DNA of 64,000 bases. Source: Gekko japonicus. Its lineage: Eukaryota. This document shows positions 1-12,900 of the stretch, piece by piece (positions within the stretch are counted from its first letter, which is position 1; every line of letters begins with the position of its first letter). The position numbers were made by a program, and so were the translations under genes. The DNA is taken from assembly GCF_001447785.1 (NCBI RefSeq), contig NW_015164664.1, positions 774,274-838,273 of the forward strand, in the 5' to 3' direction. Under the pieces are notes generated by a model. The model worked only from the letters and a program-made list of their open reading frames with translations, was not told the origin of the DNA and did no database searches.

Positions 1-77
1 CCCTTTGACCAATTTTGCATTAATAACAGGAAGCAAAATAGTGGGGACTGGCCTTGACAGCGCAAAGAGTGTCTTAC

Positions 78-185
78 CTGAGCCCCCTCCCTGCTGAGAT
101 GCACCATGACAGCCGAAGACTCGTGGACTTCGCTACCATCATACACCCCGCAGCCTGAGAGGACAACAGCAACTTTCTTGCCCAT
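78..185 (-). CDS. First coding exon of a GATD3/ES1-like (glutamine amidotransferase-like class 1 domain-containing, ElbB/DJ-1-PfpI superfamily) gene; the gene continues off the left edge
   Basis: Minus strand ACCATGG (ATG at 185) reads [36 protein letters not shown], then a GTAAGA donor at 77. It matches the ES1/GATD3/ElbB signature [28 protein letters not shown]. Absent from the ORF track because the frame runs off the window edge. Confidence 0.92.
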
Positions 186-249
186 GGTGAGCAGTGGGGA
201 GGAGAGTCCTGCTGAGCTGATCACTGGCAGGCTTCTGCTCCCTTGAGGC

Positions 250-404
250 TTTTGTAGACACAGCCTCCGCCCACAACAGTGAGGCTGGGCATGGTCTTTA
301 CTGGCAAGAGGCTTTCCACTCCCTGCAGGCAGGCTGGGGCTGTGTTCGTTGTCCGACTGGTTTCTCCTATTGGTTCCTCTTTCAAGCCTCGGAGCCTGGC
401 CAAT
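250..404 (-). promoter_or_regulatory. Putative proximal promoter of the GATD3-like gene
   Basis: On the minus strand: TATA-like TACAAAA (256-250), GC box GGGCGG (272-267) and CCAAT (373-369). A further CCAAT lies on the plus strand at 400-404. All are 65-220 nt upstream of the ATG. Confidence 0.45.
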
Positions 405-3189
405 CCACTGCCAACCAGGGCTGGTTTGGCACCAGTTGGCTTGGGTCTGGACTCCTTCCAGGGCCATATCAAGATGTTTTGCCAGGCAGCAACCTCTCAC
501 AACCAGTCACTTGCAGCCCCAAAAGACCTGCCTTCCTAGAGAGGGTGGTGGTGTGCAAACTGAGATTTGGAACATGGCATCCTAGGTTGCCAGGTTGCCA
601 GGTTGCAAAGGACCCTGGGCTGTGCCCCCTGTGTGGCCATGCTGCTTTCTTGGCAGCCCTGAAAATAGCAGTGCCCCCTTCCATGTGATGACCACTTGGG
701 TACTCAGAGCTTGTCTTCTCGGGAAGAATAATTGTGTAGTACACTGTAGCATGAGATGACAACATTCAAGGATTTTGACTTCATGTATGCCAGCAGTGAG
801 AGCTGCAATTGCATCTGGCTTTCTGAAGCCTGCACAAAACACCATCCTCTGTAATGTAAATCCTGTTGAAAGGCTTCAGTGATGGGGACACATACTGAAG
901 TGGTTACCTGGTAATCGTCCTTGTTGTCTGCTTAATATAAAACAAAATAACTTATTCTCATAGGTCTTACTGGGTCAGATTGAGGGCCCATCTGCTTCAG
1001 TCAAGGGAGAACTGCTCTCACATGCCTTTTCAGGCTTCTACAGCACTCTTCTGGGCTCACTGCTGTCAAAGATTTAAACCCTTTGAGCGGTCTGATATTA
1101 AGCCATCCTCTAACAGAGGTAGGTGTCTATTGGGTTGGGTTCTTCTACCAAAAGGGCCCATGAACTGTTCTAGTCTCTGCGAGACATGGACTCTCCCTTT
1201 AACATTTCATACATTCTATAGCATTCTGTGTGCACCTGGTTAATGGATTTGTTTGCACCCAAAAAGTATAAAATTTATTTCTAAGCACAGAGGTAGAGGA
1301 ATGAAGGGAAATGTTGGAAAACAATAACAATTCCAAGAGAAAATCAAACATACAGTTTCTGATCTAGAACAACATGGACATTCAGTGGAAAGGAGGGGGT
1401 GATTGGAACTAACCAGGAAGTGGGGGGACTATATGCAAACCTTCCTTATGTACCCCTCCTCAGCCAATGAAACTTAATACCTAGAATTTTGATGTATTTT
1501 GCACACAGTACTTTGGGGGTTGCATGAAAATCCTTTCATGGGGTGCAGATGGTTTTTGAGCAACATGCACCAGAAGTATCAGTGGGTTTCCCCACTGTTT
1601 TCTTCCCACGATGGCAATGACAATTAATGGAGCGCTTGGCAGCCATCCATGATGTCATGTCTTTGGGGCTTATGTGGCCATGTTAAAATGAAATGGCTTT
1701 TCTTGTGGTTAAAACTGAGATGGATTTGTGTGTGTGCTTGATCCATTACCACTTCAGTATCCTGTTCCCCTCAGTGACCAACTAGATGCTAACAGGAACC
1801 TCACAAGGAACCCCATAAACAAGGCACCCCACCCACATCTGGCCTTGCCTGAGTTTGTTCTCCAGCAATAGCAATTCAGAGGCATGCTTCCTGTAACCTT
1901 CCCCAGTGTTTGTCAGAGGACAATAGGCTCACTTTTAGGAAAATCAAAGATCATCCTGGTATCAGGAAATGCATAGCTCTCTTCATATTTGGCATACGTA
2001 TCTATTCCTTGCCTGGTTGAGCATCAAACTGCTTAGTCATGCTCACTGTAAATGTGTTTTGATATCTTTCCCAAACTTGACTTTGGTTGTCTAAATAAAT
2101 CAAAGAAACCACAGGTTGTGTCAGACAACTTGAAACAATAACATAAAGCTAAGGTCCTTTTGTAGACCAGAATGCTGTTCGACCTGCTGGGATGACTTGC
2201 AGTTTTTAGGCGGTGTAGTTGCTTGATCCTCAGGGGGAACTGAGGGCTCTGCCTCTGCAATGGGCTGCGGCTGCCACCCCAGATGCTGCATGGGGGGAAG
2301 CTAAGAGGGCCTCCTGTTGCCAGTTGACATCCTATGGCCTAGTAGAATTATTCATTGCTTATTTTATTAAAATTTCTCACTCCGGCTCTTATATCCTATT
2401 CCTGGATCTCCAGGGTAGCATATAGCAGTCTTAAAATGATTCAAATAGGGTTTTTTATTATTAAGAAGAGCCCAGTGAAAAATTAGGCCACCCTTTTTGT
2501 ATCTTAGTCCTCTTGCAGAAACTCATGCCCTATTTGCTAGGCTGTTTGTGAACAAAATTGCTTGCATCCCTACTGATCTGGATACAACTATTAGGTGAAT
2601 GTGGAAACGTCCAGGCAGTACTTCTCTTTTCAGGAGTTCCAGCTGCTGATAACCAAGGCTGTGGAAAGGATACTTGGCTCTGTTTGGGACGTGGCTTATT
2701 CTCCTGACCCATAACCATCCTTTAAAAAATAATAATAATTAAATTTTCAACTGTTAACAAGACCATAACAAGAACACAATGAATTCCAAACTGCAACATG
2801 ACATAACCCAACATTATATCCATACAGAATAAGCTCAAAAACATAATACAAAAATGATAGCATGTAGCAAGAACAGGTATAATAAGAAAACATGAATGCT
2901 AACCATTTAACAACAACAGTACAAAAGAAACCTTAGCCAATATTGATGGACCATAGTAAGAGCTAGAAGAAGGCAAATAATTTATAGTAGTTATTTTTGG
3001 GATCTTCCACATGCGGACCTTTATTTGTGTTAAGGTAGGATAGGACCGTAAACCATTCTGCAAAAATTTGAGTTCTATTTTGAGGATTTGACAGAAGGAT
3101 TTGGTCAGAAAATTTTAGCCATTATGAAGAAGTCCCTTAGTTTATTGATCCATTGAGTGACTGTAGAGGCTTGCCTATCCTTCCAGAGT

Positions 3190-3960
3190 GAGGCCGGGCC
3201 AGGTTCACGGCTCGCGGTCCGCATCCCGCATCCCGCCAGGCCAGGGAGGAGCGAGGCGGGAAGGCTATAAAGCTCTTGGCTGGGCGCGCTCGGGACGGGA
3301 CATGGAGTCGCTGCACCGCGCCGTCGGGTTCCTGGCCGTCGCAGCCGGTAAGCAGCCCGCTCGCCTCTTGCTAACTTGTCCTCGCCTCACTCGCCAGCCG
3401 CAGGCGGAAGGGACTCGGTACCGGGACCCTGCCTGTGGTGTCCAGGGTCTGTGCTACGGACCCGGTGGGAAGCTGGGGTCCCTCCCTCGGCGCCTCCGCC
3501 TGCCGCGGAAACGAGCAGCGCCGCCGCCTGTGCGCCTGGTTTTCGCCGCGGCGCTCCTTCTGCGCTCTCCGCGCCTTTTGCAGGACTCGAGCGGCACGAC
3601 ATGGCTGCGAATCGCGATCCCGCCTGACGTCGGAGCAGTTTTTCAGCACGATATTAAACCGAGTTATAGCCTTTGTTGTTGTCCATGGCTCAGCGGGTCA
3701 AAACTTTTGTGACGATCGCCCCGTTTTTCTTTGTTCCTCATCCTGCAGCTCAGCGCAGTCCCGACTCCCGCGGCTCCTGGTTTGGCCCTTTCTCCTGCAG
3801 GTCCCCTTCGGCTTCGCGCATCTCACTTCTCACATCCCCACCCGCGCGCCCCCCCTTCACCCCCCACGCACGGCGGCTTGTTTCCTTGCACGTCTGAATA
3901 TTCGTCTTGGGTATCTGGCTGCCACGTAAAGGCCTTGAAGTTGCCAAAGATCCACTCCCC
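3190..3960 (+). promoter_or_regulatory. CpG island promoter of gene A with TATA box
   Basis: CpG-dense GC-rich block; GAGGCGGG at 3253-3260 and TATAAA at 3266-3271, 31 nt before the ATG at 3302 (GACATGG Kozak). Confidence 0.75.
3302..3347 (+). CDS. Gene A exon 1 (MESLHRAVGFLAVAA-G)
   Basis: Kozak ATG after the TATA box; G|GTAAGC donor, phase 1. Confidence 0.75.
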
Positions 3961-6900
3961 GCTTGTCCGATTAACGGCTTCAGTATGTGTCCCCTTCCTC
4001 CCTTCCAGGATCTCTCTTGCTGGCGGTCCATTTCTACAGCTCCGCCGGGCCTACTCCGCTGATCCCCAGCTCTGCTCTTGGGGTCCTTCTGCTCCTTTTA
4101 TCACTTCTTCTGGCATATGCAGGTGAGAAAATGGTAGATGTTCTCTGGAAGCTTTGGAAGGCAGACTGTGTTTTGCTCTGTATATGTTGATTGATGTTAG
4201 TGTACTTTTGCCAGTTTAACTGACCTAATGTGTAGGGAGAGGCCAGGGCTTTAGTGGAGGAGCATCTGCTTGGCATGCAGAAGGTCCCAGGTTCAGTCCC
4301 CGGCTTCTGCAGTTGAAAGGATCAGGCAGTAGGTACTGTGAAAGACCTCATCCTGAGACCCTGGAGGGCCTCTTCCGTCCAGTGTTCATGTGGACCACAG
4401 ATTTCAGCTCCCATCACAGTATCTGGAAACTTGCATACAATGCCAATGAACACGTGTGCCAGGTTACTAGTTCTCATGGCTGCAGGCACACGTTTTGTTT
4501 ACTTTGTTTATATTCCCCCTTCTCTCTAGTGGGGATGCAAAGCAGCTTACATAGGTCTCTCTCTTCTCCATTTTATTCTCACAGCAGGTCCGTGAGGTAC
4601 ATTAGATTGTGCTGTTTGCTCGAGGTCATACAGCAGGCTTCCATAACAGACTGGGGATTCAACCCCGGGTCTCCTGGTCCAGCCTTCTAACTGCTACACC
4701 ACAGTGGCTTCATCCCTGGTTCCCAAGTATGGCTTCCATGGATGGAGTTGTGTCTCTTTAATTGCTCGGGGCTGTCATTAGTTAGGTTGAGAGGCCGTTT
4801 ATAAAACCTGTGGCTAAAGATTCTGTTTATGCATTGTACTGACTTACATTTTGCAGCCCTACAAGTTTGGTAACAAAACTGTTGCTTGTCTTTTTTCAAT
4901 CCTCCGTCAACAGGGGTACGGAAGAGCCGCCAGAATGCCTCCTTGTTTGTGTCACTCTGCCTGACGGTTTCAGTGCTGTGGTGTGGCTATGGAGTGATCC
5001 AGATCCTGGCTGGGCAAGGGGTCCTCCCCGGCACTGCTGACCTGCGCAACGCAGCCGTGCCTGGACTGGTAGCCTTCAGTCTGGGGCTGCTCCTCATCAG
5101 CCTGGTGGGCTTCCTCCACAAAGAGGTCCACCTTGCCATGATGGCGTCTGCCATTTCTCTGGCCTGTGCCCATGAAATCGCAGCCGTTTATGATGCTGCC
5201 TTCGGATCGTCTGCTGTGGCCTGCAATTACATGGTTGTCTGCTTTGTTGGGGGCTACGTCGGGTTGGGGAAGTGCCTCTTTTTTCTAAGCCAAGAGAAAA
5301 TTGCCCTGCCTGGCACAGACCTGCCCAAGAAAGAGGCCAGCAACAGGCAGGGTCCAGACAGTGGCACAGGCTCAAATGACTTGACTGCATTCGGCTTGAT
5401 CCTGAACATGCTCTCGGCCAGTGTCTTGGGCTGCCGGCTCCTGGGGGTGACTGATGATCTCTTTGTGGGGCAGGTCCCCTGGCTCTGGGCAGGAGGGGTC
5501 TACCAGCTTGGCGCCTCCATCTTCTCCTATCGTTCCCTGGATGCGCTGACTGCCACTTTTTTGGGCTTCACCTCCCTCCTGAAGTTTGGGGAAGGCTATT
5601 CCCTCTTGATCCTGCGCTGGGTGCCTGAGGAGCCCAGCTTCCCCATTCCATTCTCAGTGGCTTTTGCTGTCCTCTTGACCATTTTGGCCGTTTTCATTGC
5701 TATTGACAGCCTGGCTGATGGCCTCTATCTGCTGTTCTATGTGGCCTTGTGCATCGCACTTGCCTGCAGTCCACGAGGCTTTCTGGAAGGGGGCCCTCAG
5801 GGTGTGGCAGTGGCCATTTTTGTGGCCTCCACGCTCCTGACTCTTCTTCACCTTTACAATGGGAAAGCAGAAGTTAAAATCCCGAGGGGGGAGGGAGTGC
5901 TCAAGGCTTTGCTCTCACGTCTCCAAGTTTGCAAGCTCCGGGAGGGGAATGACCTCCACACTCCCTATCTGGGTTACTCCAAATATGCCGATGCCGAAGT
6001 ACTGGGCTATGCATGCAGTGTGCTTGCTTCTTTTGCCATCACAGTGGCAGCAAAGCCAAACTCCCCTCTTGCTACAATAGTCCTACCTTGGGTGGTGGCT
6101 GCAGGGGGGCTCTTGAAGCTTCTGTGTGGTTCTCTGGCTTTCTCCCGTGGCAAGACTTTAGAAAGCAGCGCTTTCATTGTCTATGGGTTTATGTGGATTA
6201 TCTGGGGCATTGCCAGGTATGGGGGGCTGTATGGTGCTGCACGGGGGTTCCAGGTAGCTGTGGGCATTGTCTCGCTCATGCTTTTCAATGCCTTCCTCGT
6301 CCTTTGCACCCTTTTCCTGAGCATCTCCTGGTTCATCTACTCCCTCTCCTTTGAGCTCATACTCATCAGCTTCCTGTTGGATGCGGTTGGTGCCACCTCC
6401 ACTGGTTATGACATTGCTGTCACCATCATCTTTGGCTTGGTCAGCTTCTACTGCTTTCTGAGTGCCCTGGTCAACTGCACTTTTGAGAGTCCTCAGCTCC
6501 CCGTGGGACGTCCCATTGTGAGGCTCAGTGGCTTTGGGGGAGGAAGCACCAAATGTCTTCATTTGCCAGCCAGGAAAGCATCTTCAGTCAAGCAAGTTGC
6601 AGGTAAGGAAACAGTACAGCTGGTGAGGCTGTTTTCTGGGCCATAGGCAGAAACTTTGATCATCTACCTTTATTAAAGCTCCTTCAAAAAGCAGTTTGAA
6701 CACATGCCTTACACTAAGTGAGACTCTAAGTCTATCAGGGTCAGTATTGTCTACTCTGAGTGGCAGTGACATGCCAGGGTCTCAAGTTGAGGTCTTTCAC
6801 ATTATTTACTACCTGAACCTTTTAACTATGTAGTATGTCTTGAGTCCCAGAAAGGCAGATTATAAATAACATAAATAAATAGTTTAAAAAGTGGTGATAT

Positions 6901-9900
6901 TGGGGATCAAATCCAGGACCTTTTGCATGCAACACTGATGTTCTATCACTGACCCACACCTCCTCTTTCAGTTGATGCTGTACACTATTCACCAGATTGT
7001 ACAGGGAGCTCCTATCTTGTCAGCAGACTTGGCTTTTTGTTCTGATTTTGGACACTTAAATCCAGGGGTCCTTTCGTAGAAAAAGAGCTAGGGGAACTCA
7101 TTAGCATAACTCATTAGCATATGCCACACCCCCTCACATCACCGGAAGTGTGTCATAAGGCCACACCTCCTGACATCACCGGAAATGTGTCATAAGGCCA
7201 CACACCCCGCCCCCAATGGTCCCGGCTGCCGGTGCCGGCCTTGCAGCTCCACTGCCGAGCCCCATGAGGGGCCCGGCGGTGGACCTGCAAAACTGTGTTC
7301 CCCCGCATCCCCCCCCCAAATGACCTCTGGAAACTGCCTTTGGAAACCTTAAGAGTCAGTTTAAAAGTCCAAGACAAGTACTGGTGTTTTAAGAGAAGGG
7401 GTTTGACTACTGGAAAGAGTGTACCAGCCTTCAGGAAAAGGAAATGACCTCTGCTTAAATCTATTTTGCCACCTCAGACAAAACAGCCCTAAGGCAGTGT
7501 ATAAATTTAGCATATAAATGCACACAGCTGAGCTTAGTTGTCTCTTGCAAGTCCTTGCACCAACAAGCTAAGCAGGGCTTGCCTAGTTTATAATCTACCA
7601 ATGGACAGAAAGAGTCAAGGTACAGTGTCCTGCACTCCCTCATCTGTGGGTCTGTGGCCTGGCATTGTTAACCACTAAGCCCATCCTTTGGTTTCAGAGA
7701 TAATGAAGAAAGGGGGCGTGTGTGGGATCCCCACAGACACGGTATATGTTCTTGCAGCAGCCTGCTGTCAACCTGATGCTGTGGAGAAGGCTTACAAGTA
7801 AGGGGCAAGTTCTCCATCCAGGGTTCCTCTGGCGATCTAATGCTGGGGGTGGGGGAGCTGCTATGTTTCTTGGGTCTAACACAGTCATGGACAGAAACCA
7901 GTGCAACTCACCTTCCCTTAGCAACAACCAGGACACCTTTTGTAGCAGGAACTCCTTTGCATATTAGGCGACACACCCCTAATGTAGCCAATCCTCCAAG
8001 AAGAAGAGCTCTGTAAGCTCTTGGAGGATTGGCTACATTAGGGGTGTGTCGCCTAATATGCAAAGGAGTTCCTGCTACAAAAAGAGCCCTAGAACCACAC
8101 TCCTGCACAGTGTCTCTCTTAAACTCTTACTGATACTCTCCTCCATGTAGATCTCCATGTGATACTCTCCTCCATGCAGATCTCATCCCTTTGCACATGC
8201 TTGGTTCACAACTCGCATCTACATAGCTCTTCTCAATGACACTGGAGTAACCTGCCAACTTCACACATTGCTTCCCTTCCTCATTCACACGCCAATAGCC
8301 ATGACTTTGTTCTGAATCAGCAACCCAGGAAGAGGCATGGGAGATAATTCTTGGGTCCGGGAGTTGAGAGGATGGATTGTGTAGGCACGGTTACCATGAT
8401 CAAGGAATGTGTCTACTTTCAAGGCATGGCTAGGGTCTTCAATCTGAACTTGCATATTTGCTAGACTTATTGAACCTCTTTGTTCTCTCTCTCACCCTAG
8501 CACAAAGCACCAGGCTCAGGACCGTCCCATGTCGCTCTGGATTTCAAGTCTGAAACAGCTGGAACCGGCCAAGCATCTGTTCAGCCCTGTCCTCTGGGAT
8601 TTCATGGATGCTGCATGGCCATCACCTATCAGCTTGGTGATTCCAAGGGGTTAGAGAATCTCTTCTTTGCTGCTCAGACTTCTCCTCTTTAACCCTTCCC
8701 TGTTTTTTGGATTCCACTTCTCTGTGTGGTGCTCCTGTAAAGGGCCATTGGTCTCAAGAATCTCTTCTGAATGGGAGAGCTTTGATGCTGAGCAGCTCTT
8801 TTGTTTTTTCCAATGTAGGTGAATGGGTGGATTACCTGGGCATGAAAGACTCTGCTAAATATGTTGGTACCCCTCAGAGCGTAGCTATTCGCATTCCAGA
8901 TTGCTCGGTCACTACCCATCTGATTGACTTGGTGAGCTAATCTAGAACCTCTGCCTTTATGTGTCTCTGCCTTTAGGGTTGTGAAAGAGCATGGAGAACT
9001 TTGGTGAGCAGTCCAGGGATACACTCTACCACTCACCTCTTAAATGATAGGCTTAAAATAAAATATAGGTGAAATCTGTGGGGTTTGTATATCTGAGCCC
9101 TGCTTTGATAGCTTGTTCTGTACCAGGCTTTTCAGTTTTAGAGGGGTCTGAGACCTTGGTTGGTCAAGACAGAGGATGGAAGGAGAAGACAAGTACTACA
9201 TCAGTGTCCAAAGGACAGTAGGGGTTTATGTCAAATCAGGGAAACTGATGGGAGGTAGTTAAGGAAAGTCTGGTTGCCTAGGGTCAGAAACTGCTTGTTT
9301 GTTTTAAAAAATGTCCCCTCATAAGGGCAGGAAACCTTTTTTTTAAAAAAGCATGTCATCTTTATTTAATATGAATTCCTTGACAGGTGCAGTCCATAGG
9401 GAATTGCCTCATTCTAGGATTTGCTCTAATATGGGAGGAAAAGCCACCCCCTGTAAATCTAACCCTATGCATGCAGTTCTCCTTGATCTTATGAACAGCC
9501 TTATGCTCTCTTTCTCGGTCTTCAGGTTGGCCCAATTACTGTCACATCTGCCAATCCGACAGGAGAAGCAGACACCACTCACCACAACCAGGTGTATGCC
9601 AAGCTAGGAGACAAGGTAAACTCTATGCAAGTGGTATCAAACATGTGGCCCGGGGGCCAGACCAGGCCCTCGGAGGGCTGCAATCCGGCCCGTAAGGCCC
9701 TGGCTGTTTCCTGCTTCCTTTCCCAGTTCTGCTGCTGTTGTTACATTACAGCTTACTTTACCAGACTCTCTCAATCACACAGGAGAGGTAGATAGGCAAG
9801 CATCTCCTGTTCTATTGAGAGAGGCTGGTAAAGCACTGGCTGAGGCTCCTCCCCCTCCTCCTCCCAGGGGGAGGGAGGGAACCCAGAGCTCGCTTTCAGG

Positions 9901-12900
9901 CCAGTCTGCCTCAATCATATTCAGGACACAAAGGGAAGCCTTTCTTTTCTTCCACTGGCTGAGGCTCCTTCCTGAAGGGAGGCAGGCAGGATGTTGTTGC
10001 CCATCTTCAAGAGGTCGGCTGATGGAGAATTTAAACCGGTACACCGGCTCGAACGGCTGCTGGAGAGTTGCTCGGCAATTGCCTTCTTCGCGGGAGGAGA
10101 TCAAAGCCTGTTTCCGCTTCTTCCGAAGCGGAATCACGCCAACCTAACACTCCCTCTTAGGCGCTGCTGCCTGCTTGTCCCCCCCCCTCGCTGGGGAGCG
10201 ATGCGCTGGGCTAGAAACTGCCCAAACTGTCAAAAGCAGCCGTCGCCCACTTCGCACAAAAGTGAAAGTGCGTCAGTCCTCCATCTTGGCTCGACCGGAA
10301 GCCCTGGCATTACATTTTATGACACACATGGCCCGGCCCAACAACGTCTCATTTATGTCAGATCTGGCCCTCATAACAAATGAGTTCGACACCCCTGCTG
10401 TATGCAATTGCTTGTCCTCATGGCAGACCCAGCTCCCATGATTTTAAAGGGAGCTTCTTAAACCTTTAGGTTACCAGAGCTTGAGCTCAGTGCACCTCTA
10501 CTGAGTGGAACTTTGTGGGTTCAAACATCTAGAGCAAGAGTCCCCAGTGTGATGCCCATGGGTACCAACACCTCTCCTGGTGCCTGCCGAGTGTCTTTCG
10601 AAAGTGGAAGGGGCCAAATGGGGCTTTGCCCTGCAGGGTTTCTGGGTGGCCATCGGAAATCTGACTGGCTCTGCAGATTTTTCTAAAATGTTGCTTTGGC
10701 AGCAGCTGCCACCACATCACAAGGATCTTAAGCACTGTGTTCATTTTAAAAGATATCCTGTTAAACAGAACTTTTGCCCGAAGCGCTGAAGAGTTATACA
10801 TAACCTCGCTCTATGACTCTGCCTCCTGTGGCAGCCATTTAGTGGCTGCAACTACCACCCTGTGTCAGACTTCCAAAGGTGCCTGCAGGTTCAAATAAGT
10901 TGAGGACCCTTGTTCTAGAAAGACCCAAAACTTAAGTGCTTCTGATTTGCTCAGGATCGTGAGCTGCTATTACAGAGAGATGCATTCACTACAGCTGTGA
11001 AGGGGTGGGGGGAGGCAAACAACTGAGCCTCTTCAGTTACCTATCCTCTTTCCCCCCAGGAAAGAAGAGCAAGACCCAAGTTAAACTGGAGAAGAGAGAG
11101 GGCACCCCCCTGCCCTCCACTCTCCATTTGTCATATGAAAGAAAAAGGCAGGAAGGATGCTGTTTTCCATCTAGCTCAGAAGTGTGTCCATGACATTGGA
11201 AAGCACTAAGGCAGGATGTACGTCTTGTATAAATTACCAGACCAAATCTGGAGAGAGCTTCCTCTCTTCACTCAAAAAATGTCTGATCCTTTCTAGGTGG
11301 ATGCGGTTCTTTGTGATGGACCTTCTCCAGAGAACATAGCCTCCACAGTGGTGGACTGCACCAAGATTGGGAGTGGGCACATTGGGTTCTTTAGAGTTGG
11401 CCTTGTCCCTAAATCCCAGGTCAGCATTATCTCATTGTTCCTTCTCTTGTACAATAATTTTTGATGTGTTAAGTCAGTCACATTGTTTATTAGAAGCCAT
11501 GTATCATTGCAAGCACAGCACTATACGTACACAAAGTCTGCAACCCCCAATAGACCTGATTAAATATAGACAGACAGATAGATAGATAGCTATAGATATA
11601 GATATAGAACTTCTATACAACAGGTAGTACAATTGGGGGCCTTTGGGCATATATACAAAAATGTAAATATATTGGCACTCCAAAATATCTACCATCCAGG
11701 GCCACAAAGGATGTTATCTTTCTTTTAATAAATTGTTATCCCACCTTCTTCAAGGCAGCTTAGAGCAGGGGTGTCAAACCTACGGCCCGCAGGCCAGAAG
11801 CAGCCTGCCCAGGGTTTTAATTTGGCCTGCGAGTGGGGCTCTCTTCTCTCCCCCCTCCACTGCCCATACTCACCCTTCTGAGCTGGAGCTGCCTCTGAAT
11901 GCAGGGAGCAGAGGATGGGGCTGCCAAACTTACCAGTTCGCTCAGCCATTGAGTGCGTTCCTCTCTGCCTCCCAGCCACCACTCCCAGCCTCCATCAACC
12001 TCATCAAAGGTAGGGGACCTGGGGTGTCTTTCTGCTGTGATCCTTGGGCTTCTTCTTGTTTTTTTATTTTAAAAATTGCATTGCCAAATCCCACTATTCC
12101 CCACCTTTCCATTTTAGGCAGGCATCTTTTAAGGGTGGGAGGGAGCGTTTGGGACCAACCACAGTTAAAATATAGAATTCTACAAACTCAAGGAGCTCCA
12201 GTTTTGCAGAGAAATATTAGCTTTAACATCACGATCCCTCCTAATATGGGGCTCCAATGGCATATCTCTGCTGCCTGGCATTATATTTTATGACACACAT
12301 GGCCTGGCCTGACAAAACCCCATTTATGTCTGATTGACCCTCATAACAAACAAGTTCAACACCCCTGGCTTACAGGCTGTACACATTTTTTCCATTTTGT
12401 TCTCACAACGACCTGTGAGGTAGGTTAGGCTGAGAGAGAAAGCGATGGGCCCAAGGTCACCCAGGTGGCTTCAGTGGGAGTTTGAGCCCAGGGCTCAGGC
12501 TGACACATTAAGGACTACACCACACTGGCTCTCTGGAAGAACAATCTCATAAATGCTTTCCTTGAAGCCACGCACGTATAATCTCTTGATATTAACTTTG
12601 CTGAGAAGAGTCCCTCTTGCTAACACAACATCCCTGCAAGCCACAAGTATTCTGGAAGATCTCCATTTCTGACAGAGATTACCCAAAATCAAATGGGTGC
12701 ACTCAAAAATCTAGAGGGCTTGCCCTCTGCACTTGGCAGCTCACAGTGCAATAGTATTGCTTTGCCCAGCTCCTAGAAATCAATGCATTTTATAGAGCAT
12801 CAACTGTGCTGGTGACTTTTGCAGTTGGAGTCTGAATGTAACCCTGTGTAGTCTGTCTTCTAACTGCAAGAAAGTCAGCCTGTGTATGCAAAATACCTAG

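Noticed and set aside
3188-4126. Several overlapping 70-174-aa ORFs
   Set aside because: Stop-poor CpG island; only 3302-3347 and 4009-4122 have splice signals and fit gene A.
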